64,000 nucleotides of DNA from Trichoplax adhaerens. Taxonomy: Eukaryota > Animalia > Placozoa. Positions within the stretch are counted from its first letter, which is position 1; every line of letters begins with the position of its first letter. This document shows, piece after piece, positions 50,203 through 63,590 of this stretch. The notes beneath the pieces were generated by a model. The model was not told the DNA's origin and made no database searches. It saw only the letters and a list, made by a program, of their open reading frames with translations. The translations under genes were made by a program, and so were the position numbers. Where the stretch lies: assembly GCF_000150275.1 (NCBI RefSeq), contig NW_002060965.1:124001-188000 (forward strand). The letters are read 5' to 3'.

Positions 50203-52209
50203 ATGAATAAGTTGTGCTTTATTTTAATTGGGGTGTTGGCCATAACGATGGTCAATGGACACATTCGCATCCTCTTCCCAATATCTAGAATGTATGATTT
50301 CGATTTTATCGTCAATTTTAGATCACGAAGTCCTTGTGGAATGCCGGAAAATGCAACCGGCCAAGGTATCTTTAAAACGAAATTAGTTGCTGGTTCAACC
50401 TTTGATATGACATGGCATTTAGCATTTGCTCATCAAGGTGGATTTCGAATTCAAATTTTACAACGTAATGGAGTTGTAAGCCATGAATTAACACCGACCA
50501 ATGACTCGGTGCCATGGTTCTCCTCGGATAATGCTACTATTCAAAATTATCTTGTTACCCTTCCTCAAGGCTTTACTTGCGATCATTGCATTATACGCCT
50601 TATACGCGATGTCGCCGAAAGATCAACCCCTACTAAACCGTTCCAATATTGGAGTTGTGCTGATGTTGAAATTGGCAATTTTCCTTGTACACAATTAAAT
50701 TGTTACAATGGCGGAACGATAGCATCTAATTGTAATTCAGCATCGCCAACATGTAGTTGTGCTACTGGTCTTGTCTCGGGCAATCGATGCGAATTTGTCA
50801 ACGAGTGTGAAACAACTTCAGACTGTAATGGCAATGGCCAATGTCTGACTATTAACCAAGATTATTATTACCCTTTAAAGCAATGTTACTGTTCTCCTGG
50901 CTATTATGGCTATCGATGTTCCCAAACTTCGAGTCTTACTGTCGCTATGCCTAGCGATTTAACGTCATATTTCTATTTTCGACTGGATAAAAATAGTGAA
51001 ATGTGGTATAAAATGTTATCTGCTAGCAATGAAATTGAAGTAATCCATAAAACGCGATCGATTACTTGGGTAGGATTAGGCTGGCGACCACAAGGTTTGA
51101 TGGAGTCTTGTCAGTTTTATCCGGCCGGAGCAGCACCAGGTTTAGCTTTTGGTCCACCAGGTTCTCCTGGAGAGAGCAATCAAGCAGAATCAGATGCTAA
51201 GAAAACGCCAGTAAAGCATTCTATGGCTTGTACAGACATGGTGATTGGTAGTGTTCGCGGAAATACTGTTCGAATTTTCGATTACTACTCTCGTGATCGC
51301 GGTACACCTAGAAAAGATTCTTATTATGGCGGAATAGATAGCATTACATCAGCAGTAGGTTCAGAAGTCAACGGTGTTACAACGTTAAGATGGCGGAAAA
51401 AGTTAGCGGCCGATGGACCTACCGATCACACTATCATCGATGCACCCTTGGATATTATTTATGCTTATGGTCAAAAAGTGCCATTTACCCACGAGAAGCC
51501 TTCGGGTATTATTAATACCACTCGCGAAACGACATTTTATGGCGATGATGAATTAAAATATCATGGTTTTGAACATCGAGGTCGTCGTTCGCTCAATTTT
51601 TTCTCAGATAATCGATTGAATGCCGCTACCTGTGGCGGTAGTTGGACTTCCAATTGTGCAGGCAATACGTGTAGCCAAACTTTAGCGTGGAATGTGTATA
51701 ATGATGGAACAGTGCATTTCACGATGTCTGCAAAGACCGATAAATGGCTTGCATTGGGTATTTCCAACGACGCTAAAATGCCCAATTCCGATGCTATTGT
51801 GGGTTGGGTATCCAATGGAGCTGTTGTATTAATAGATCGCTTTCTCAAGACGTATTCTTTACCCGCTATCGACGCCATTAGCAATGTTCAAGTTGTCAAT
51901 GGTTCCCTTATTAACGGCGTAACAATCTTGAATTTTATTCGTCAAATTAATACTACCGATACGCAAAATGATATCAGTTTGCATGGTTGCCATTATTTTT
52001 TCTTTGGCGTTGGTGGAGCTTATAATAATAATACATTGGATATTGCAGCCCATCCTTCAATACCTGCTATCACTAGTCAAAAAATATGTATTGATGCCAG
52101 TCAATGTTCTCAATTTAAGCCACCAGGTAGTGGTACAGCTGGAATCTTTACCATAACCCATTTACTGACGACGATGATAGCCGTTGTCCTATCCAACATT
52201 TTGCTTTAA
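50203..52209 (+). CDS. Paralog: LPMO-like (N-terminal His) + 2xEGF + 2xDOMON protein with a GPI-like tail, 668 aa, intronless
   Basis: Signal peptide ends ...MVNG|H (His at 50260), followed by WHLAFAHQGGFRI and TCDHCIIRL...YWSCADVE. It is collinear with 44364-47042 but has one fewer DOMON and no PEG repeats. Confidence 0.9.
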   Translation: MNKLCFILIGVLAITMVNGHIRILFPISRMYDFDFIVNFRSRSPCGMPENATGQGIFKTKLVAGSTFDMTWHLAFAHQGGFRIQILQRNGVVSHELTPTNDSVPWFSSDNATIQNYLVTLPQGFTCDHCIIRLIRDVAERSTPTKPFQYWSCADVEIGNFPCTQLNCYNGGTIASNCNSASPTCSCATGLVSGNRCEFVNECETTSDCNGNGQCLTINQDYYYPLKQCYCSPGYYGYRCSQTSSLTVAMPSDLTSYFYFRLDKNSEMWYKMLSASNEIEVIHKTRSITWVGLGWRPQGLMESCQFYPAGAAPGLAFGPPGSPGESNQAESDAKKTPVKHSMACTDMVIGSVRGNTVRIFDYYSRDRGTPRKDSYYGGIDSITSAVGSEVNGVTTLRWRKKLAADGPTDHTIIDAPLDIIYAYGQKVPFTHEKPSGIINTTRETTFYGDDELKYHGFEHRGRRSLNFFSDNRLNAATCGGSWTSNCAGNTCSQTLAWNVYNDGTVHFTMSAKTDKWLALGISNDAKMPNSDAIVGWVSNGAVVLIDRFLKTYSLPAIDAISNVQVVNGSLINGVTILNFIRQINTTDTQNDISLHGCHYFFFGVGGAYNNNTLDIAAHPSIPAITSQKICIDASQCSQFKPPGSGTAGIFTITHLLTTMIAVVLSNILL

Positions 52210-53544
52210 AATATCGATGACCAACAATACGATGGGATATAGTATTCGGGTTATCGTCCAAGTTAGAAATACCGTGAATTCGACAATTTCCTATTTCATT
52301 CTGTTTAATTTATGTCTTAAAGTAGCGTTCTACAAGGTAGATTAAAAGGATAAAAAAAGATGTTCATAGTTTATCTGATATGCACGCGTATGCTATCGGC
52401 AGTAGACCAGTCTCTAACGCTCGTAATGATAAAATGAGGCAATTTAGAATAAATATAGTAAATTGGTGATAGAATTATCATAATTTCGGATTTGTCCATT
52501 GCATTCTATTATAGCTTTGAGTGGGATGATTTTTGATTCTGTGAATAAATTCAACTTGCTCATTTAAAATTGGCGATAGTTTGCCTAATCTAGGTAAAGT
52601 ATAACATAGAAATTGTTAGACAGTGGACTAATGATCATTATAACGATACGAAGATCAAGAGCTCTCAAAATCAACCTAGAATTTCAATCGTGAGGACTTT
52701 ACTTTCTTACATTTTATTCTTTCCAGTCATTTTCTTCCTTGATTTCATAAATTCAATCGTTACCAAATATAAATGAAATCTAAATGAATTAGGGAATCAT
52801 ATTCGTTACCGTGTAAGAACGAATCGGTTTTTAGCCCCATTGGATTCAGCATTCACCATCTCAAAATTGGAAATATAACAGAGCAAAGCTCTCACGTAGC
52901 ACAAATAGGTCAATACCGCTTTCAACCTTAAAAATGGTGTTGTTCATGATGATAGGGTTGGTAGAAGATGAATCCGCTTTTTCCTCCCTCATAACAACAG
53001 TTGAAACGTCTAAGAGGAACCCAGTCATCGACTTTAACTCTACAACAATTCTATACCACTCATTCAAAACCGAATCAAAGACTTCTTGACAATATTCTAC
53101 TTGGGAGTTAAGAACCTCATTAGCCTATTAATCAAAAACAGAATTTAATTTGGCTGTCGGCTGAGGCCTTTCATGTCCATAGTACGAATAGTACAAGTAT
53201 ATCGTTTCATCAGATCGCCATCTTTCATAGTTACTTTAATAAGCATAACAGACTATTCCACATCCTATAGAGCTTCATATTTCTACTGTCATTAACTGAT
53301 ATCCCTACAATAATATCAATATTAGGGCTCTGTAGACTATATTCGCATGCTAGAAACACAAGATAAAACATGATTACTTAGAAACTCTTCCATCCTCGTT
53401 CAGCTTACAAATGAACGTGGTATAAACGATGAGATTATCTTGATTTGGTCAATGTGTCTCCAATTTCTCAATCTAGACATGCATTAGTTTTGTACTACAG
53501 GTAAATAAAGGCGGAAATTAAGAATTAATAAATTGTCACAATCA

Positions 53545-54280
53545 TTAATGAACTATAGTACATAAAAAAATTGATCCAAAGATATTTATGCTGAATCCAA
53601 AACTAATGGCTACCAATATGATTAAATCTTTGCTATAAATGAAAGCTAAACATTAGAAATTATATTCATGATTATCATCGATAAACTAAAGCATGTAAAA
53701 ATCGATTTTATAGTGTTTATAGTGAATCAAAAACGAATGGTTACTAGTACGATAGTGTCCTTGCTATAAATGAAACCTAAACATAGAAATTATATCTGTA
53801 ATTAACGTGAACTACAGCTTGTTACAGAATCAATTCTAATATATTTATAGTGAATCTAAAGCGTATGGTTACCAATAGGATAAAATCCTTGTTATAAATG
53901 AAACTTAAACATAGAAATCACACGATAATTATTATCGGTGAACTATAGCATCTTAAAAAATTGATCCTATGATATTTATTGTGAATCCAAAACGAATGGT
54001 TACCAATACGATAAAATCCTTGCTGTAAATGAAACCTAAATATAGAGATTATATCGGTGATTAGCATCGGCGAACTATAGCACGTTAAAGAATCGATCCT
54101 ATGATATCGATGGTGAAAATTATTTTATTCTTGCTCCCCATGTAGCACACCTTCAATCTATCTATCATTCCTTTTATCTCCTTCCATTTTCTGACTTATT
54201 AAGCGAATCTGATTGTTAGCAATTTGAGATAAACCTTGCTATAAATGAAAGCTGAACACAAAAATTATATCCGTAATTGA
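53545..54280. repeat. Tandem repeat, ~130-bp unit, 4 full copies plus partials
   Basis: Unit AACTA(T/A/C)AG...GTGAATC.AAA.C..ATGG.TAC.A.TA.GAT...TC(C/T)TTG.T.TAAATGAAA..TAAA starts near 53550, 53682, 53809, 53940 and 54072. A detached partial copy lies near 54235. Confidence 0.9.
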
Positions 54281-57200
54281 ATAGCCTTTAAGGCTATATT
54301 TGGATGCAAATAATATAGCGTTGTTTATTATTATTTGTATGCTTTTACATCTTGTTCAAGTTTAGCAATGAAGCTGATTTCTCTAGAATAGGTGTGCATT
54401 ATCAAAAATAGACTAATAGATGCCAATATTCAAGCCACAATTCGATTTATAAATACCTGTAAGGTTGTTAAGCACTATTCTAACTTTTGCATGACCTGTT
54501 TTTGCAATTATTTAAACATACAGATGAAAATTCAGGCGTGTATAGTCAATTTTGCGCACTAAAAATGAACATAGGCCGCTAATGGTGATAAAAAGATAAT
54601 GATTACTGGTAGGCTTATTTTCTAAGCCATCTTTTGGCACGATATAATTGCTCGTGTGTTTGACAATTATTACTCCAGATAGGATGAGAAAGCTTTAAAT
54701 AAACGGTCCATTTTGATCCTAAGAATGATTTGGAAATAAATAACTCTCTAGTTAAGAGTAATATTACGGGTCTAGTTCTCAATAATGCTGCTTAAAGTCC
54801 ATCTACTTTGTCCGATAAAGTCTAGCTTAGTATAGTTTGCTTATTATGCGTTGGGATTAGTTTTATTTTTGTAAGCTAAGCATCGTGATGGTCGCAACTG
54901 CTAGATAGTTCTGCCATGGTTTTGTAATGATTCTACACCAGATCTAGGTAAAGTAAAGCAAATCAGGCCTATTTGGCAAAATTATCTGCAGATGTTATGG
55001 ATTATGTATCATACGTCCATATTAAATTAATTATGTACTATTAGCATATCATAGCAATAGTTACCCATATTAGATAAATAATTTTTTAATAATTTCAGGT
55101 ATTGATTTCAATCAAATCAAACTAATTTAGCTAAATCATATATCTATTTGACAGGCTTTGGGTCCATACCTCTATAAATTAATTCTATGTGAGGTGCTCC
55201 TATTGCTATTTAATGTGTCTTTTATACCTTAGCATGCTGCTGATAGCTACTGGTGCTAAATAGATATTCCTTATAAATTAAGATAATAATGTTCCTAAAG
55301 TTCTAAGTCAACTAAATTAAATCACACCTATTAAAATAATAATACATGAGAATTTTTCTAATTATTAGTAAATATTCATTAAATAACAGCTATTTTAAGC
55401 AATTAGACCTGAAACTAGTGTGATTGATTTTGATTAATAAATAGTATACTGATTGTAGTACTGGTATCTACTTCTTTACTGATCGTACATAATGTCTATA
55501 TACGAGGATATACTCTAATTTCAAGTCTGGGACTTTTAAAAGAAACTTAAGGACTGAATATGCATCTTCAGCACCCAAAGTAAGCAATATTGATTAAATA
55601 GCATCTATTTTTATGCTATTGGGTCTGAATTAGCCCGCAATTAACAGGTATGATTCATGTCCAGTTGTAACCAATATGACTTCAGTTAAGTCGACTTAGC
55701 GAGATTAAGAAGAGATGAATATCATATGCTTAGGTTAATTGATCACCGTAACCTGACTGTATCGGTAAAAATCTAAGCGATATTGATTATTTGCACCTTA
55801 ATTTCAGGATAATTTACTATCTGCACTACTTTAATGTGATGGATATGACTGACAGTTTTTTACGGGAAAACTTATATATTTATATCCTATAATAACTAAT
55901 ATCTTTTTCTTGCTCAGAGCAATATTGATGAAATGACATCTATTTCATGCGATTAGGCCCAGGTTAATTTTGCTCTGTATCCTTAACGTAATGATAGTTA
56001 TAACTGATAGCTAATTATGTATATTTATTTACCCGATTACATTACAGGAGATGATTTGCTTTAGTTCTAATTCTTGATTAGTTTCACGTCTGTTTTATCC
56101 TATTTGCTCAGATTAGTGCCGTGTGTTTAGACTAATTTATCCTCACAAGCTTAAAATAATGATATTCATAATTAACTATTAATAGGTCGCGATTTCTACT
56201 GTTGCCTATAGCAATGTTAATAAGATCACTTGCAGTTCGCAATATTTAACTTTAATTAGACGGTAGTCTGGATCTCATATGTTCTAAATTAATTTTATTT
56301 TCTCTAGTGGAATACTATCTATCCAATGTGAAATTAACATTATTATAACAGAGGCTAATTATCAATTTACGAGAACGTAGACAATCTAGTACAAGAAAGG
56401 AAACCTTCTTTGACTAGTTGTAGATGACCTGAGCCAGCAGTAAAGCTAACGTAATGTAGTAATACAATATATGTAATTGATCAAACTCTAGAATATCAAT
56501 TTTGACAGATAAAATTATTCAATTTGTTTATATTGCCCTTTGCGTCAATCATAATGTCTGCATATACGTCATTATCAATGACGATCATAGCATACAAGTA
56601 GTAATTGAGACAATCTGATTACGTTCAAGATTGTCATATTTTTACAATAAATTGTATATTATGATATTATTGCAATTTTAGAATTCTATTTTTAACCAAT
56701 TTAAATAGATAATGAGGGCATTAACATAACATACAATAAGATTTAATTCAATTTGTCACTCCCAGTCTTTATCGAAGCCTGTAAGGTGTTCAATCTATTG
56801 ACAGATTCTAGTTTATTTCGTCAATTGTACTCCTAATTGTAATGAGAATAGGCTGTTTATTAAATGAATAGAATTCATTAAATAGTTTAATGGATTGATA
56901 TTGTCAGATTGATCATCATTAAATATTCCACATAAGCAAGATAACAAATATCAGTTTGCTATTATCAGCAAGTTTGGATAATAAAAAGTTCATTATCATG
57001 TTTGCTAATTAACTTCAAATTTCAGTTACTCCTTGTATATTTTATGTACACGTATTAGTATAAACCTATTTATCATATAGCCTCAAAACTCGTGTGTAGA
57101 ACAATCTTGCTAGGAAAGGCCTTGAATTTTTTCTACGAGAGAGGTCTCTGAATCATTTCTTACTACATTGAACACACCTTCGCCGGTAAGAAAATCAAGG

Positions 57201-60200
57201 AATTCTTGTCTTATAACCTTGAAATTTCTTCTAATGTGAAAATATATGATGTCCAGCCATATGATTTTTCGCCTATAGCCAAATTGAGAAATGTTACAGT
57301 TTGACACCGGTTCTTTTACACGAGATGTATTGTATGCGATATTTCTCTCAGAAAATTTTTTACGGTGGATAAGCCTCTTGTAACCGTTGAATTTATATCC
57401 TAATTCTGATCAGATATAAATTTTTCTAAAGCTTTTGCTATTCTATTGGCTAAACGATGTTTTAGATGAGTAGAAAATCGCAAGATTTTATTTAATCTGA
57501 TAAGAAACAAACGAATAAGAACTAGAAATTTATAATAAATGTCATGATAAGAAGTAAATATACGTTTAAAATACTTTTATTAGTGTGAACAATATGTGAG
57601 TATGTTCTACTGTTACATTCTACAACTCTTGAGCTTGGTCAACATTAATAATTCTTAAACGATTCGTATAAATTGCCAACCTAAATTGTCCTATTTTTTA
57701 GTCTGGCTATCATCTTATGCTGCAAATAGTAATATATCTATGAATATTATTAAACGTGAAATTAGCCTTATAAATGGATTGATCGAAAGATAAAAGTACT
57801 AATCATCTTAACTGTAGTAAAAGCTTAGTCGTTTAAAAATGATTAGTTGATATAATGTATCAGATGATAATGTAATGCAGTGTAGTGATCACCACCAATT
57901 TGGAGTAGAAAAGGCATGATTTAATATGTAGGACTAGCGCCATCCTTTTATGAATTCCTCTCCCCCCCCATTGCTTGTAAATCTTGAATTCAATTACCAA
58001 CTAGCAAATAAAAAAAGCTGTTCTAGGTGCAATAATGTACTAAATTTCAGTATTGCTAATAGTATACTTGTCAAACTTTCTTTTGGAGATAACATTTATT
58101 TTTTAAACTATTTTGCTGCTACCATGTGCAGAAAATAGCTTATGCATTCCATAAAAAATTAATCTTTAATAGTACCTGACGTAACAGAATTTCAATAACT
58201 GCATCTAGAAACGATTAATTTACATTTAATCATTCAAACTGTGAATGAAAATTATAGCAACTTATCGTTCGCAATGAAGTAGAATAATCTTCTTTGCTCA
58301 TGTAGACAATCTTTTATTCAGGATCAACAGAAATTTTCACCAATTTAAAATAATACTTTATTCAAGCAATTTTAAAATGCATCGGAAAAATATCCAATGT
58401 AATACTAACTACTTCTACATAAGTCATATTCATGTTAATAATCTGATAATATTTGATGAATTGATAGTATATTCGTCAACACTAAAATTTGGCAAATGTT
58501 AAAGTAAAGACGTTTTCTCGATTTTCATGGGTACAAAATTACAATATCAATAAGGTCGTAACCTTATTCCCCTGGAATTGAATTCCGTTAAATCCTATAA
58601 AGCTTCTTGAATCTATAAGATCTCTTAGACGATTGATTCTGAATAACTTCTTTCTCCTTAATAGTAATATAAGACAAGTGCTCACTGTTATATCCCTATG
58701 CCTATAACAGTTAAAGGAATACATTGGAGGAATAGTTTTATTATCCAGTATCATCAGTAATCATTTTTGTCTCAACATTGATCGTTTCTTTGCTATAATT
58801 CTTTGCGTCATATCCATAATGGCTAAGCATGCTACAGGAACGATTTAAATTATCGATCTTAACCTATTTGTGATAGAGTTACAAAGATGAATTGATTTAG
58901 ACTTGCCTGAAATCAACTTTAAATTTTACCGTTTCATCACTATAATCTATAATGTATGTGGTAGATAACCTGAACTGATGACTGACCTTGTTGTTCTTTT
59001 TTATGTATCTTTTATTAGTAAATTAGACGGTCAAATTATCTATTGATTCCTTATTCAACATTATTATTAACCAACGCAAGGGATCAGAAAATTAAGCAAA
59101 GTTATATCTTGGGAAGCTACTGCCCAAAAACTCTACATCATCTATCGGTATGCATCGACAGTAATATCTACTGCACTATCAAGAATAGACTAGATTTCAT
59201 GACATGAAGAATAAGACAGATTCATGTCCATTAGGACATTAACTGAATGTCAGATATCTCACTTTTATGAAGTTAGTTTATGCTATCTTTAGATTTTGAT
59301 GGCATTTCTAAACGGAACTTTGCTGCAATATGTCGATAGAGAATAGAATTTGAAACATTAATATAACAAAGCATTACAGACCGTTTATAATAGTAAAATC
59401 CATCGGCAAACAAAGAAAACTTCTGCTTACTGTCAATATTTCTTTTCTGTGCTTTAACCATGTAAAAGATTTGTGCCAACATAGCCATGGTTTAATTAGT
59501 ATTTCGCCGCTTATTATGATCGTAAATGCTTCCTACTTCTTAATTGTAATTTACAGCTCCATAAGCAATACTCTGCCAGAGGATAGAATGGAAAAGCTGT
59601 TAATATTACGCCTGATTCTGCTATAGATAATGAAAAGTAGCTATAATGAAATAGCTTTAAAGGAATAGAAGATCAGAAATGGTCTTTTATACCAAAGTTG
59701 AAGCTACTTCTAAAAACCTCTGTACCTTGTAGCCAACAAATCTTGAGAACAGACAACCTGGTTTAGAATTTAGGAGATTACTAAAATCTTAAATTTTAAC
59801 TCGATATTGATCTAGAAGCATTTGTGAATAAGAAGTACTTTATCAGATTAGTAATGGCTAATCTTTTCTCTATTTTGAATAACATTGAATGATTATGTAA
59901 CAATGGTTAAGCACGAGAAGTTCTTGCAATAATTTGGTTAAGATTCTTGAAAATAACGTTAGTATAGTATTTTTATTCCCCTAATCATATTAAAACTGGT
60001 CAATGTTCTTATTACGGTAGCTAAAAAGGACTAACCATAGCTGCATTACCGTAGCCTAATAGGACTGCTAGACTCACTTTATACCATAATTGCATCTCTT
60101 TTCCGATCGGCCGGTGCATTTATGCTCATGATATTCTTGTATTTGACTTTATCCCTTACCAAAGCATTGCTAGATTTCCCTTACTGAAAAATCATCTACG

Positions 60201-63200
60201 AATAGCTACCTGTCCACTTACTGTCGAATTATTCACTTTGATGTATAAATAATCTTCACTTTCATAGTAACAATCGAAACTACTTCTAATGTGTAAATTA
60301 TTAGGCCATCATTTATTTATCGACCTCGAAATCTAGGCATGATAATATCCTAACTAGCATTATTTGTGACACCTGTCACCAGTTTAAGAAGGATAAGAAA
60401 ACATAAAAATTGTAATATTGTGCATGATCACTTTGTTAATCAGTTATTTTCCTCTTTCACTATGGCATTTGACGTAATGAGTTCATGTTCTATGATTTAT
60501 ATTTTGTTAATTTGCGTGATTGAAATGAATATATCGACTTATTTATTCCTAAAGAAAGTATTCTTTTCAATTAATGGAAAAACATGTATAGCTGTAGCTT
60601 TCCACGTCGATTTTCTTCCGAGAAAGTCAAATTTAGACAATAGTAAGTAAGTGTGTAAGATCGGAGGGGTGCCTGATCGATGAATTAAAATAAATTTAAA
60701 TAACTATCATGAATTACTATTAACTATTTATTCTAGAAGCCTTAATTGGCTATAGAAAAGTAGACATGGTTATTATGTAGAAATAAAATTGGTCACTGAA
60801 CAACATTGGTAAATTATGGTGGGTTACGTTCACTTTAATGATGGTAAATCAATCAAGAACACCTTTCTCTTAATTCTGCTCCCTAGGTGTTAACAACCCG
60901 ATATTAGATTTAATTCAGTCTTTAGACTCAGTAAAGGAGATTCTTAACTTTATTTTTTCTCGCCCCAAAGGTTAAATTTTATCATAATTTTGCTAAGCAT
61001 TCATTTTATATTTAGAAATTATAATTCTGAACTATTTTCAGGCTGTGAATTAATATATGATTTTAGACGCATTTTCAACTAAACTGTAGCCTGTAGTTAA
61101 GAAAAGATGTCTATCGAAAATGGCTGTAGACAGTAACAGATCATTTTATTAATAAAACTAGGGAAGGGTATATCTTCCACTCTAACATAATTAGAAGCTT
61201 TTGACGGGTAATGTTGATGGGTGATAAAAGGTAAATGATTCCTGCCGCTAAACTTGAAAGAATTGACGATGGCTAATAGCCTGTTTAATAACAAAATACT
61301 TTCCGCTAGATTAATTCTTTATTAAATTGCCGACATAATATTATCTTTCATCTCGTAGTGCTATAAATTATCAGGGCAAGGTCATATTTTGGCCTATTCA
61401 TGATGAGATAATTGCGAAAGTCCAGGCTAAAAGGATTACTGGACATATTCATGATTTATCTGATCTAATTCATTTTGAGAAGCAGATGTAAATTTAAATC
61501 GTCCTAGCAGCATTGGTTAGATATTTCTTATTATGTAATAGCCTTGATATCCGTATAGATTGCCTATAGGTTAGTATTTGTTTTATGGATCGCTATTGTA
61601 TATTCATCCATTATTATTAATAAATCGATTTTTTAAATTTTGTATTATGATTTGTCTGGCGATGGCTAATGTAAATATATTCAAAATTTGATTGAAGAAA
61701 ACTACGTCTCTTCGATGTAATAGCCTTTACAATAAAATATTTTTGACGAAAATTACTATTCAATGATCCAATACCTTATCAACGTATGATTTAAGAATTG
61801 CTACTTCACGAGATTAACGAGACTACATCGTACTCATTATTTACGATTTATTAATAATATTACGCCACAAATAATGCGATTGAGCACCACTAATTAATGC
61901 AATTGGCAATAACCATTTATTTGCAGCATTGATTCATGAAACAAAAACAGCATAGAAATGTCTAGCAATTAATGACTAATACTGTGAAGCCATTAATTGA
62001 TTCCCTGCTAATGATTATTGAAGGACAGTGTCGGAGCAATTATCGACTCGCAATGCGACTGAATTAATCCAACCGATTAAATTACAGCAATTTATTCTGT
62101 AACCGTCGAGAATATGATTTACGTATCATTCGTATTTAATCAAAGTCTGATAAACCTTAAGTAAAATCTCTTTCATCTTGTCGACAACCTTTGTCTAGTC
62201 AATGATATCCTTAATGTTTATTTTTATCATTATCAATCTGTTAAGTTTATTTTCGATATTATTTCTTTTATCTTTTCTCTAGTCTGATGGATAGCTCTAT
62301 TTTAGGTTATAAATTATAAAAGCCGTTAAAGTACGATAGCTAAAATTTTGTTACTTTTGGTGCTGGCTTTTAAATTCTTCGATTTCGGTCCTAATCATTC
62401 ATGCGTACAAATTTAAATAATTAATTTAATGGAACAAAATTGGCGTAACTCTGGAAACGCAATAATTGTTATCTTAATGTTAAAATTTATAATACATTCC
62501 AAGCGTTGATCACCTTTGATCAATTATAATTGGATAGCCACACATTTGTTTACACTGATTGACTATTACTAATTGATTTGTATTATATGTAGACAAAATT
62601 ATAAATTCTTATGGCGTCTAGTCCGATCATAACATTTCATTTTTTTGCCTTTTTATGATCATTTAGCCATGTCAATCAGTAACTCATCTACGATCGCTAC
62701 TACTATGAAAGGAAACCAAACTGGTAAGTTAGCATTGCCTTGCAACGGCAAACTTTTGAGTTTTTCTTTGAGTAATGTCGTAGGCAAGTATAGCATCAAA
62801 TTTGTCTTACTGCATATTCAGTTGGCGAACAATTCGGTTGATAAGCTACAGCATGTAACTTTTTAACATTCTCATGCTCCTATCGCTATATTTATTTTAG
62901 GAAGAGTAGATCATGATTGGTAATACTTTCCCCATGTTCTTCGTGATCGTTAAGTTTACAATCAATCGCACAGTAAACAGTAAATAATATCCAGATTCTA
63001 TATTAGCAGCATATTATTACTCAAGCACTTGCTACCACAGATAGGGTAGTATCGAATCCAACTGAACAAAAAACTGAAAAATTGATGTGTTTAATCTTTA
63101 ATGATAATAATGATTTCCTGGAGAAAATTTTGTTGTTTTATTTTCTATGAACGTCCTAAATTTTTATTTTATTGCTGTATACATGAAGTTTATCATTCTT

Positions 63201-63590
63201 ACAATTTCTCCTAAACATAAAATAGTTATTAGTTGCTCTTGTAAGATCTAAACATTTTATTTCTATATCGTTCATCGGGAGATAGTAGCGTTGTAACAGT
63301 AGAACATATCAGGATAGTATTAGTAGATAGATTAAAGAGGCACTTCTTTTTTACTCATTTAATCTTACTGAGTCCTTGAACATGTCTGATGCATTACTAA
63401 AATCCTTTATTGGGTGCAAAAATGACTCTGCAATCATTTTGCATCGTCTTGTTTGCTACTAGATAATATCGATATAACGTAATACTGCATACGTCAACTA
63501 TATTACATGATTAGTGGTCCATATAAACTTTTGGTGATAAACTGAAAGTAATCGTAGCGCATAAAGCTGCGATAAATAAAGTGAAGCAAA

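Noticed and set aside
52861-53100. 68-aa minus-strand ORF
   Set aside because: It has no ATG start, no recognisable motif and no spliceable partner exons.
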